Positions 52,856 through 64,000 of a stretch of 64,000 bases of DNA are shown piece after piece; the stretch's first letter is position 1; each line of letters begins with the position of its first letter. Origin of the DNA: Octopus sinensis. Its lineage: Eukaryota. Position numbers and translations under genes: made by a program. The DNA is taken from contig NC_042999.1 of NCBI RefSeq assembly GCF_006345805.1, positions 22,878,001 through 22,942,000 on the forward strand, in the 5' to 3' direction. A model generated the notes under the pieces. It did no database searches and was not told the DNA's origin. It worked only from the letters and a program-made list of their open reading frames with translations.

Positions 52856-53194
52856 TATATATATAAACTATTAGAAAAAAACCCCCACCTTTTATCAATT
52901 CAAAATGAATAATTAAATTACACCATCTAGAAAATTACATATAATAGAAATATTAACATTAAAATAACAATAAAATGTAAAGATTAAGTAAATTACAAAA
53001 ATAATAAATATGTATATAATAGGTAGAAAAAATATATATACATATTTATTATTTTTGTAATTTACTTAATCTTTACATTTTATTGTTACTTTAATTTTAA
53101 CTTTTCTATTATATGTAATTTTCTAGATGGTGTAATTTAATTATTCGTTTTGAATTGATAAAAGGTGGGTTTTTTCTAATATTTTATATATATA
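52856..53194. repeat. AT-rich foldback (~160-bp arms, ~15-nt loop)
   Basis: TTAGAAAAAAACCCCCACCTTTTATCAATTC..AATAAATATGTATATA mirrored by TATATACATATTTATT..GAATTGATAAAAGGTGGGTTTTTTCTAA. Confidence 0.9.
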
Positions 53195-53269
53195 TTTAAT
53201 ATATATATATATATATATATATAAACATGTGTACACACATTCAAACGTACATATGTATAATGGGTGTAT

Positions 53270-53695
53270 GATAAGCTTCCCAATCACATGGTTCGGTCTT
53301 ATTGCACGGCACTTTGAGTTAATGTCCTCTACTATAGGCCCCCCGGGTTGATCAGAGCCTTGAATGGATTTGGTAGACTGAAACTGAAAGAAAACTCTCG
53401 TATATGCACATATATATGTATGTGTGTGTTTGTTTCCCCACCGCTTTGTAGCCGGTGTTGATTTCTTTACGTCTCCGTAACTTACCGGTTAGGCCAAAGA
53501 GACTGATAGCCTAAGTACCAGACTTAAGAAAAACTAAAGAATGGGGTCGACTAAGCCCTTCAAGATACTTCCCAGCATGGTCCCAGTATGGTCCCAGCAT
53601 GGTCCCAGCATGGTCCCAGCATGGTCCCAGCATGGTCCCAGCATCGCCTCAGTATCACCCCAGTCTAATGACTGAAACAAATAAAAGAGAAAAGA
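53270..53695 (+). mobile_element. SINE-A, diverged, with 11-bp tandem amplification
   Basis: About seven GGTCCCAGCAT units at ~53570-53650 replace the single CCAGCATGG motif. Confidence 0.75.
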
Positions 53696-53769
53696 TAAAT
53701 GTCCCCGACCTTCTTATCGATCCTACACGGCTGATAAAAGAAATGGAAGAAAAATACAATGATTCGTAG

Positions 53770-54168
53770 AGTGAGAGGAAATTTTGCTGTAAGCATTTTT
53801 GCCGAATGAAAATTCGCCGCGAGAATTACATTTTAAATGACCTCATCACGTGTTTTTTAATGTTTTACGTTAAATAAAGACTTACTTATTTAATACTTTT
53901 ATAAAACATTTTATCATTCTTTTCTTTTAAATTAAAAAAAAATGCTGATATAAGACTGTCGAATATGTCCCGGAGAATTTTTCCTGTTCAGTGAAATTTC
54001 TTACTGCAGAATTTCTTATTCAGTGAAATTTCTTACGGCAGATTTTCTTATACAGTGAAATTTTCTTATACAGTGAAAATTCTTACGTCAAATTTTCTTA
54101 TTCAGTGAAATCTCTTGCGCAAATTTTCCTATTCAGTGAAATTTCTTACGGCAAATTTTCCGGATACA
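53770..54168. mobile_element. MULE-like MITE with expanded subterminal tandem repeats
   Basis: 9-bp TSD GATTCGTAG/GATTCATAG; repeated CAGTGAAATTTCTTAC..AAATTTTCTTAT units at ~53985-54160. Confidence 0.6.
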
Positions 54169-54552
54169 GATTCATAGTTTGCACTCAGAAAACGAAACCT
54201 GATCCGAAAGTTAAGAACAGAGTAAACTCCACTAACCTCTCAGAGGTTAGGTGTTAATATTAGAGGTGATAAAGGTTTTTCGTATGCAAGCCGCAGGGCT
54301 CGCTCTGAACACTCTAATTTTTTCTGTCAACGCACCGGCTGCCTCAGATATTCGGCGAATATCACTCCCGGTAGAACCGTGCGAGCTGAGACAACCAGAA
54401 GTTGGCGGAGTAAATTTTAGTGTTATTTTGTAAATAACGCTGTATAACAGGATTTTTGTCCTTGAGTAGCAACTGTTATTTGCTGTTTACTTGTTCTTAC
54501 AAAGTATGAAAAATCGTTAATATTTCCATGAAACTTCGCTTTTGTTACATTT

Positions 54553-54730
54553 ATTCAAACCCCAAAGAATCCCTCTCAACACACGGCTATGATGCTCCCC
54601 CACTACTCCTGGACATCATCAGAGATACACATACTGACAACCACTTAGGAACATGCTCAAGTGGTTAGGGTCAAGCAACTGGCAAGCAAATCTGTGACAT
54701 TAAGCAGAATATTTGCTATAACGATGTTTC
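54553..54730 (-). mobile_element. Internal fragment of the (AAT)n-tailed repeat
   Basis: ATTCAAACCCCAAAGAATCCCTCTCAACAC..ATGCTCAAGTGGTTA matches 62820-62940. Confidence 0.7.
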
Positions 54731-55214
54731 TGCTTCAACAACTCCGTTCAGAATCTGTTTGAAATGTAATGTAAAATAGGTCATTTTAAAAATATTGATG
54801 CCCAGGTTGCAAAAGCAGTTTGAAGGGCGGAGTAGTCTGATTTCTAGATAGAAGCAAATAGTAAATAACACTTGCTGAACGAAGGACAAAAAATAAAATA
54901 AAAATGTTGTTACACAGTGTAATTAATAGCGACAGAAGCAGTATCAATACCAGAAGAGCAATTTTTATCTCCAGCTAAACATGGAGGTTGTGTTTAGAAC
55001 GCACAACACTGCGTTATTTATTTTGAGAGAGACTCTGATATGGACTTGTGGTGCATAAAATCACTCGTATATATATTGATGACAGACGAGAACCGTCTGC
55101 TATGGCCGCCGGAAATGTCAAGTCACATGATTTCGCTCTGGTTTGAGCTCTTTCATGAACAGATATCCGGTCGCGTCATAACAGCCGAATCTCCCGTCAA
55201 CGATATATAGAATA

Positions 55215-55605
55215 CTAGCAGTATCGCCCGGCGTTGCTCGGGTTTGTTTCGACCCTTTAGAATTGGAATTTTTGAAAAGTAAAACTTTTGCATTATGTAG
55301 CTTGATATTCTCTTTAAGTGAAAATTTTTCTGGTTGAAATACACCGAAAAATGGCAACACAGCAGTCAAAAAATCATAAAAAATAGGGATTTTCATAGAA
55401 AAAAAAGCACCTTTTTGATGTAAATAATTTTTGGTCTTAACATGGTCCGATTTGAATTTTTTCTTCTACGGAATGAAGAGCAAACCTTCTTTTATCATAC
55501 TTTCAATTTTGGTCAACTTGTGCCGCAGGGTCTCGGAGGAGATAGTATTAGTTGAAGGCTACCAAACCTGCCACACACAGACAACTTCAGCTTTATATAT
55601 ATAGA
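55215..55605 (-). mobile_element. Non-autonomous Helitron
   Basis: Minus strand A|TCTATATATATAAAGCTGAAG..CCCGAGCAACGCCGGG hairpin..CTAG|T. Confidence 0.8.
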
Positions 55606-56249
55606 TTAGCGTCTATTCTGGAACTGATGTCGCAAATAACTAGTGAGCTTATTAAAAAAATAATTTATTGCAACAGAATCAATATGAATACTAAAACGTA
55701 ACCGTTATTTCCCTTGAGAGAACCTCTCCTATGGACTCATGGCGCAGAGGTAAATTTGGTCGTTATTTCTAACACCCATCGAGACACACTCGTTGGCTAA
55801 GGCTTTGATATCTGCTACAACCCGGTTATTTTTAATCTTCGAAATAAAACGACATAGACAAGGATTTATGATGTTAAAAAATCATGTTCAGTGTTGACAT
55901 AACCAATTATTTCTTTTGCTATGCTTACACCAGACTCCATTCATATTTGGCTTTTCAATCGATATCCACATGCATCGCTCATTGCGGCAGAGTTATTTTC
56001 TTATTCGAATCACAAACAATATACGAATAAAAGTATATACGAATGGGTGAACGAATAAAGGAATTCGCGAATGAATGAATGTTCTTTTTTTTATTGTGAA
56101 CATTTAAGCGAAAATGTTTTATATTTGCTGAAGAATAATATTTGTAGCATTTGATAATTTATTAATACAACCGGAAATTAAATATAAATTTAATTTTAAA
56201 TGTTTGCACTTACTATTTACTTATTTATGTGTTTATTTCCTTATATGTT

Positions 56250-56251
56250 CC

Positions 56252-56299
<48 letters not shown>

Positions 56300-56429
56300 A
56301 TATGTTGATTTTTTCGTCTTCCTGTGATGTCCCGTACGTATATATATTTATATATGCATGTATATATACATGTAGATGTCGGTACGTACATATATGTTTG
56401 TATGTATGCATATATTTTATTTATTACAC

Positions 56430-56494
<65 letters not shown>

Positions 56495-56542
56495 ATGAAT
56501 AAGTATGTGTATATATATATATATATATAATGTATGTATATG

Positions 56543-56579
<37 letters not shown>

Positions 56580-56900
56580 ATATATTTATATATATATATA
56601 TATATGTATATATTCAGTGTATGTGGTTTTTTGTCTCCGTTTGTACGTGTGTATGTACGTGCGTACGTGTGTACGTGTGTATGTATGTGTTCGTGTATGT
56701 GTGTGTGTGTTTGTACATGCGTTTGTACTCTTGTGTATGTCTATACGTCTCTTTGTCTGTATGTGTGTGTTCGTGTTCGTGTGTACATGTGTTTTTATGT
56801 GTGTCTGCGTCTATACGTCTGTATGTACGTGTATGTATACTTTTGTTCATGGGTCTCTATTTTTACATCTGTATTTTCACGTCTGCGGTCGTGTGTACGT
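56250..56900. repeat. (TA)n/(TG)n and cryptic GT-rich simple repeat
   Basis: Direct inspection; similar tracts at ~32470-32870 and ~60550-61400. Confidence 0.9.
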
Positions 56901-57234
56901 CTCTATATGTTTGTTCTCACATAGAATTGCAGTCACAGGTGTTTGTGTACACAATTTCTTATCTCACCTGCGACGAGGTACATTATGTCTATAATAAAGG
57001 ATTTATAGATCACACTTCTGGCTTTCAGCTAATTATTATCAAATAAACGTGGCAGGCTCTTCAAACTGTTAGAAATAACAACCAAATGTCACTTTTGTCA
57101 CATAACACTGCCTTTAAAGAGGAAGAGATACATCAAATTACGTACGTCCTCATACATATACGAAAACAAGGCGTGACTGTGGATGTCTGGTCATTTGGTT
57201 GGTTAATCAGGGTTAAATGACAACTTCTCTACTT

Positions 57235-57519
57235 CAGTGCTTCTCAAACTATCTGATGTGTCGTACCGGCAAATCTTTTTTTGACAATGTGTCAGGGACT
57301 GGTAATATTTCTTAAATATTAATTTGTACCGGAAACGATATATATAATAATGAATATAATAAAAGTTGACAATTTTTGACATCCTATATTTATTTTGTAA
57401 ACAAATAATACAATGATACGTAAGCATTTTATAAGCATTTTAGAATGTTTCTTTCTTTTCTGGAAACTCGTCGCGTACGGCAGCTGATGGCTCGCGGACC
57501 ACTACTTTGAGAAGCACTG
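57235..57519. mobile_element. hAT (Charlie-like) MITE
   Basis: Perfect 14-bp TIR CAGTGCTTCTCAAA/TTTGAGAAGCACTG; degenerate 8-bp flanks CTCTACTT/TTCTACAC sharing TCTAC, close to the NTCTAGAN Charlie target. Confidence 0.8.
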
Positions 57520-57566
57520 TTCTACACTAATGAACATATTATATATATATATATATTATATATATA

Positions 57567-57621
<55 letters not shown>

Positions 57622-57654
57622 TTAAAAGAATATATATATATATATATTCTTTTA

Positions 57655-57897
57655 TTTTTTATTCTTTTACTTGTTTCAGTCATTTGACTGTCGCCATGCT
57701 GGAGCACCACCTTAAAGGGTTTATTTTTAAGAGGGGACTTATTCTTTATAAGCCTAGTACTTCTATCGGACTTTTTTGCCGAACCGCTAAGTTACGGGGA
57801 CGTAAACACACCAACATAGGTTGTCAAGTGATGATGGGAGACAAACACACACACACATGCACACACACTCACACACGCGCACACACGCACGCACACT

Positions 57898-57946
<49 letters not shown>

Positions 57947-58866
57947 GTATACGACGGGCTTCTTTCAGTTTCCGTCTACCAAATCTACTCACAAGGCTTT
58001 AGTTTGGTCAGCCCGAGGTTATAGTAGAAGACACTTGCCCAAGGTGCCACGCAGTAGGATTGAACCCGGAACCATATATACATAGTCTAGCGGTGGTCTG
58101 CTCCTAGGTAGGTTCTGTGCATGTGAACCTTTTCTAGCACTCCCTATATGATCTGAGAGGACCCGTACTCCCTCCTGTCACTGTTAAGTAGATTACTGGG
58201 ACCTCGGTTACTATAATTAGACTTGGGTGAATACCTATTTCTTTATTACCCACAAGGGGCTAAACACAGAGGGGACAAACAAGGACAGACATAGGTATTA
58301 AGTCGATTAGATCGACCCCAGTGCGTAACTGGTACTTAATTTATCGACCCCGAAAGGATGAAAGGCAAAGTCGACCTCGGCGGAATTTGAACTCACAACG
58401 TAACGCAGACGAAATACGGCTACGCATTTCGCCCGGCGTGCTAGCGCTTCTGCCAGCTCGCCGCCTTTTCACTTGGGTGAATACCGGTTTGGGTTTCCGT
58501 TGCCTTCTCCAGGTAGATAGAATTTGAACTCAGAATGTAGAGAGCCAGAAGATATATCATCGTAAAGCATCTCTGACGACGTGGCAACGTGACATAAAGT
58601 CCCCGCCCTGGGAATCGAACCCGCGAACCTTCACTACACACACATTATAGACTTTGGCCATGCTGGGCACTGCCTCGATCAACTTTAGTCGAACGAATTG
58701 ACCCCAGTTCTTATTTCTTTTTTTAACATGGCACTTATTCTATGGGGTCTTTTGCCGAACTGCTAAGTTACGGGGACGTAAACACACGAGCCTCCAGGTA
58801 TCAAGCGGTGGTAGGTGGGACACACACACACACACCACACCCACACACCACACACACACACATATA

Positions 58867-58904
<38 letters not shown>

Positions 58905-59045
58905 CGGGCTTCCACACACAAGCCTTCTGTTGGTTCGAGGCTACAGTAGAAAAAAACTTGGCCAAGGTGTCGCGCAGAGGGACTGAACCCAGAATCTTAT
59001 AACTGGGAAGTAAGCAACTTCACCATACATCATGCTTGTGCCTAT
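57655..59045 (-). mobile_element. Two SINE-A copies (57655-58075 and 58655-59045)
   Basis: Both halves recognisable in each copy. Confidence 0.75.
58236..58470 (-). mobile_element. SINE-B, type 1, with 15-bp TSD
   Basis: ACTTGGGTGAATACC at 58221-58235 and 58471-58485. Confidence 0.9.
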
Positions 59046-59482
59046 GTTTTAATGAGAGGACACGTAGCCAAAAAGACAAAGTAGCCAAAAGACATGTTCG
59101 TAGAAAGACATATTCGTCGAAGAAAATTCGACAATATTCCATAAATGCAATTTTCAAATGAATGCAATGATGGAAGCAGGACGTTATTTTGACATTTTTT
59201 TTTTTTCAGTGAATATTCAAAACAAAATTCGGCTTCCGCAGTCTAATCGATTTTATATGTTAATTTATATTTCTAAACCAACCAGGTAGATTTTTTTTCG
59301 AATTGTCCAATTCTGACCTTTAAAAAACTTGGCTCGCCATCGTCTATTACTTTCTTTACATCATTTGTATATTTCTGACCAATCGATGGTCAGCTGTTTT
59401 GACGTTCTTTTTACAAAAGAATTCAGCTATACTTGGGAGACTGTTTTATGTAATAAATGTGGACGAGATTACTTCGTTTCCA

Positions 59483-60049
59483 TTAGGTTGTCCGGAAAGT
59501 TCGTGCCGATTTTTAAATGAAAGAAAAGGATCAATAAATACTTGCCATTGCATTTTTAATCAACCAAATATGAACCATTTTATTGCACAATGCGTCTCCG
59601 TCTTTCCTTTAACTTGAAAATACCCTCTTCCCAGAATTGAGGTGGTTTCATGGCAAAGAATTCATCAAGGTATATTTTTATGCCATCCAAGGAATTGAAA
59701 CTTTTATCATTAAGACTATTCTGCAGAGACCTGAATAAGTTGAAATCCGAAGAAGCAATATCTGGTGAATACGGAGGGTGGGGTAACACATCCACAGCCG
59801 AGCTGCAGCAATTTTTGTCTGGTTCCCAAAGCATTAAGTGCCGAAAATGAACTTTCTTATCTTCCATGTTAAAGGGTTACAGAATTAACACAGGTTATAG
59901 GAACATAAACCTTCTTCCACGAAAAGATAGCTTAAACTGTGCTCTAAATGGAGGTGTAGTCAAATCCCATTTTATGGACTCAACCATGTTCTAAAATAAG
60001 TGGAAAGGTAAGCTACTATAAATCGGCACGAACTTTCCGGACAACCCAA
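59483..60049 (-). mobile_element. Internally deleted mariner element (DD34D type)
   Basis: ~30-bp TIRs TT(A/G)GGTTGTCCGGAAAGTTCGTGCCGATTT; TA on the right, CA on the left; ORF 59580-59867 with MEDKKVHFRHLMLWE and VLPHPPYSPDIASSDFNLFRSLQNSL. Confidence 0.9.
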
Positions 60050-60333
60050 TAGATTTGTGTTGTTGAGGTAGATACTTGTGGGTCGGACACTGTTTCATTT
60101 TTTGCTTGCATTGTTCGTTTATTCTCGAAATGTCTTTTTGAGATACATTTTCCGACATTATATTTATAATTGTGTGTATATTCTTTTCGTTCTGGGCTCA
60201 AATTAGGCCGAGGTCGACTTTGACTTTCATCATTTCGAAGTCAATGAAATCAGTACCAGCTATACACTGTGGTCGATGTAATAGACTATCCCCTCATATA
60301 TTGCACACAGACACACATATTACACTCCCACAC

Positions 60334-60369
<36 letters not shown>

Positions 60370-60601
60370 ACACACGCACGCACGCACACACATTAGTTAT
60401 GCAAGTGTCTTCAATTATAGCTTCGAGCCGACCAAAGTTTTGTGGGTAGATTTGGTAGACGGAAACTGAAAGAAGCTCATCTCAAGTGTGTGTATGTAAG
60501 TGCGTGTATGTATGTACGCGTGCGTCATTGTGTCTGTATTTATTCCCACCACCATACATACACAAATACATACATACATACATACATACATACAACATAC
60601 A

Positions 60602-60687
<86 letters not shown>

Positions 60688-60846
60688 ATGAAGAGAAATA
60701 ACCTTTATTAACGTATATTATATGTTGTGAAATTTGATTTGGAATTGCTAAATTGAATTTTTCCCTGTAAGTTTAGAATTATATTCCCTACTATTATATA
60801 TATGTGTGTGTTGTGTGTGTGTTGTATGTATATATATATATTATAT

Positions 60847-60882
<36 letters not shown>

Positions 60883-60977
60883 CATGTGTGTGTGTGTTTG
60901 TGTGCATATATATGCACACACACACACATGCATCTATATGCATATACTGTATATGTATTTCTCTCTCACTGTATACA

Positions 60978-61009
<32 letters not shown>

Positions 61010-61014
61010 TACAT

Positions 61015-61047
<33 letters not shown>

Positions 61048-61936
61048 CATATACATAAATGCATTGATACAATCATGCATACTTACATACCCACGCACAC
61101 ACTCATATATTTTTTCATGTAGAAACGAGAGAAAAACTAATGCATGTACAGTATATATATATAGCAATAATTTGAGCCGACGAAATGTATATATATATAT
61201 GTGTGTATGTGTGTGTGCGTGTGTGTGCGCATATATATGCACGTATATGTAAACACATGCATGTATATCTATACATATATTCGTATGCACACACCCACAT
61301 GTCTGTATGTGTATGTGTGCGTGTGTTTTATATGTATGCATTTACGTATGCACATCAATATACTGCATAGTGTATATGCACTTATGTAAGCACGTATGTA
61401 TGTATGTTCGTCTATCTGTCTGTCCGTATATACGTACATATATAGCTTTTGAAGTGATGTGATAAAGTCACTGTTTTACGTAATGCCCTGAATTTTTTTT
61501 TTTGTGTTCTTTGTTTATTATTTTCCAAGTTAAGTTCAATAATCGATAAAGCATTACAATACTTCATTTACTAGCACAAACATCCATTTTCAAATTGGAA
61601 TGTTTCAGCTAAACATTTCATCTCTAAAGACAAATATATTTACTAGTCTGTCGCCATTATTTTCTCTTGATAACAAAGATACAGAGACAGTTAGGATGGG
61701 AGAAAAATAGATAGATAGATAGATAGATAGAGAGATAGAGAGAGAGAGAAGAGAGAGAAAGAGAGAGAGAGAATAATTAGAGAGGCCGGGAGAAAGATGG
61801 AGAGAATAAGCTTCTGCGGAAGGAAGATAGGTAGGGCTATAGTACAAAGTAGAGATAGTAATGTGTGCTAGAGAGAATTAGAAAAAAAGAGGAGAAAAAG
61901 GAAAGAGTGTGTATGAGCATTTGTGTGTGTGTGTGT

Positions 61937-61972
<36 letters not shown>

Positions 61973-62138
61973 AGGGAGGAGTGAGAGACTAGAAGTGGAG
62001 GAAATGCAAGGAGGAAGTGGAGGATGGGGTTGTAACATTCAGAAGATAGATAAAACAGAAAGAAAGGGTTATGGCCGTAAGAGAGCTGCAGGACTAAAGA
62101 GAACGTTATATACATTATTATTATTATTATTATTATTA

Positions 62139-62187
<49 letters not shown>

Positions 62188-62189
62188 AA

Positions 62190-62490
62190 TTATTTTTATA
62201 TGAAAACCCACATCTTATTTTGCTGGGTATGCTGGAAAGTGCCATCTGTCCACAACCAGCAGACTAAGGTGACATTTGTTTACTGGTCATGCTTCAAGAA
62301 CCCTGCGAACAATTCTTGCAGTTCCAAGCAATGCCAATTTTTGCATGGGTTCTATCTTCACACTTGCAACAACCTTTTTCAGCCATGTTAGTAATTGAGT
62401 GCTAACACTTCCAAGTGCACCAATTATTACTGGTATCACGTCTACTCTCTTCATTGAAAACAACCTTCTTATTTCCCACTTCAAATTGTC
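62190..62490 (-). pseudogene. 3' remnant of an R4/Dong-type (RLE) non-LTR retrotransposon with (AAT)n tail
   Basis: ORF 62287-62484 KWEIRRLFSMKRVDVIPVIIGALGSV..MQKLALLGTARIVRRVLE is the typical C-terminus of RLE-clade elements; followed by a 3' UTR and the AAT tract at ~62115-62186. Confidence 0.75.
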
Positions 62491-62509
62491 ATAGTTGTTT
62501 ATTTAAAAT

Positions 62510-63065
62510 TTTTTAAAATTTTATTGTTATTGAGTGAGAGAGTCGTGCATGCCATCAAAGTGATACAGGGGTAAAATATACGAAGCCCAGTATACCCATC
62601 ATGACTACCCGTCTGATAAGGGTACACTAGGCACATGCATCACAACCATGTGTGCGCGACATGGTGATTTCATATCAGGATAAACAGCGCATGACCTTGC
62701 AGGTGGGGCCCAGTTAGAATTTTCTTCAGGTCGAGTAGCCCATCCCTCTCCAATGGTCCTTGAATAAGGCTTGTTTAAGGATGGATGTTGAACGAAACAC
62801 CCATATTTCCAGAGGTGAATTATTCAAACCCCAAAGAATCCCTCTCAACACATGGCGATGATGCTCCCCCACTACTTCTGCTCGTGGTCAGAGATGCACA
62901 TATTGTCAGCCACTAAGGGACATGCTCAAGTGGTTAAGGCCAAATAACTGACAGGCAAATCTGTTGCTATAGCTCGTCTTTTCTACCCAGATAAAACAAA
63001 GTACATGATAACACTTCCAATCAGTTAAGATGAGAAGCCATGAAAGTCACTGCCTGGTACTGCAA
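62510..63065 (-). mobile_element. Second copy of the (AAT)n-tailed repeat
   Basis: Reverse complement of ~23270-23825; bordered by the AAT tract at 63068-63242. Confidence 0.75.
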
Positions 63066-63067
63066 AC

Positions 63068-63242
<175 letters not shown>

Positions 63243-63515
63243 TCAAAAACAGTTTGATTCGGCTCTATGCATCTTAAAGCTACGCAGGTTTCTTGTAGAA
63301 ACCTGGTTCGGCCAGGCTACATATATATATAGGAAGAAAGAGAGAGAGAGAGGGGGGGGCAAAAAGAATGAGTGAAAGATAGCTATGTTCCATTCCTTGC
63401 TAGCAAACAGGAGTAATATGAGAATTAGAAATGGAGAGAAATAGTCGGAGAAAAAGAGCTGGGCGGTTAACACTAGCATACAAGATATATATGTAAAGAG
63501 AGATGGAAACAAGTA

Positions 63516-63560
<45 letters not shown>

Positions 63561-64000
63561 GGGATAGAATGACAGTAAATATGGCTGAGAGAGAGAGAGA
63601 GAGAGAGGCGGAGGAAGAATGAGTGATACATACAGACATGTTACTCTCGGAAATAAGATAGAAAGAAACAGAGAACTACACATGAAGAGAGAGAGGTGAG
63701 ATTTTAAGAATATAAGAGACAGAAAAATGAATTAACGAACGGTGGGTAGACATGAAGAGAAGTATGTAGGTGTCTGTGTCTGTATTAGAGTCTGTGTTTA
63801 TGATAAATACAGTATTTCTGTTGGTGTTATATACCTTAATATTTTGAACGAATAGCGATCAATATCAGACGTATCAGGCTACAAGTATCGACTGGTGTCG
63901 ATATGATTGATTAAAACTCTTGAAGGCGGTGCACCAGAATGGCTGCAGTCCAATGACTGAAACCAGTAAAGGTGTTAAAATAGTATAGAGTAGAAATGAT

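Noticed and set aside
54220-54420. Possible MITE with ~20-bp inverted ends
   Set aside because: Only about 14 of 20 positions match and no TSD was found.

Overview
AT-rich eukaryotic genomic DNA dominated by microsatellites and interspersed repeats. The repeat make-up suggests an octopus (coleoid cephalopod) genome; this is inferred, not verified. Almost all ORFs in the supplied track are translations of simple repeats. One convincing host coding exon is present (52161-52479, +): signal peptide, a Cys-containing linker and the start of a Gly-X-Y collagen stalk, probably a secreted collagen-stalk/C1q-type protein whose other exons lie outside the window. The rest is a nested transposon landscape: several tRNA-headed SINE families (a composite family with an internal microsatellite, a Deu/Nin-core family, V-core-like families), remnants of Penelope-like, R4/Dong and RTE retroelements, deleted mariner and maT transposons, hAT-, MULE- and Helitron-type non-autonomous elements, and three long foldback hairpins. 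Most notable are (i) minimal type I hammerhead-ribozyme-like motifs in three different repeat families, one lying behind a tRNA-derived Pol III head, and (ii) a young SINE subfamily with an NNTAT target preference that seems to insert repeatedly into its own family's head, building tandem arrays. SINE and microsatellite boundaries are approximate; TIR, TSD, splice-site and ribozyme coordinates were counted directly.
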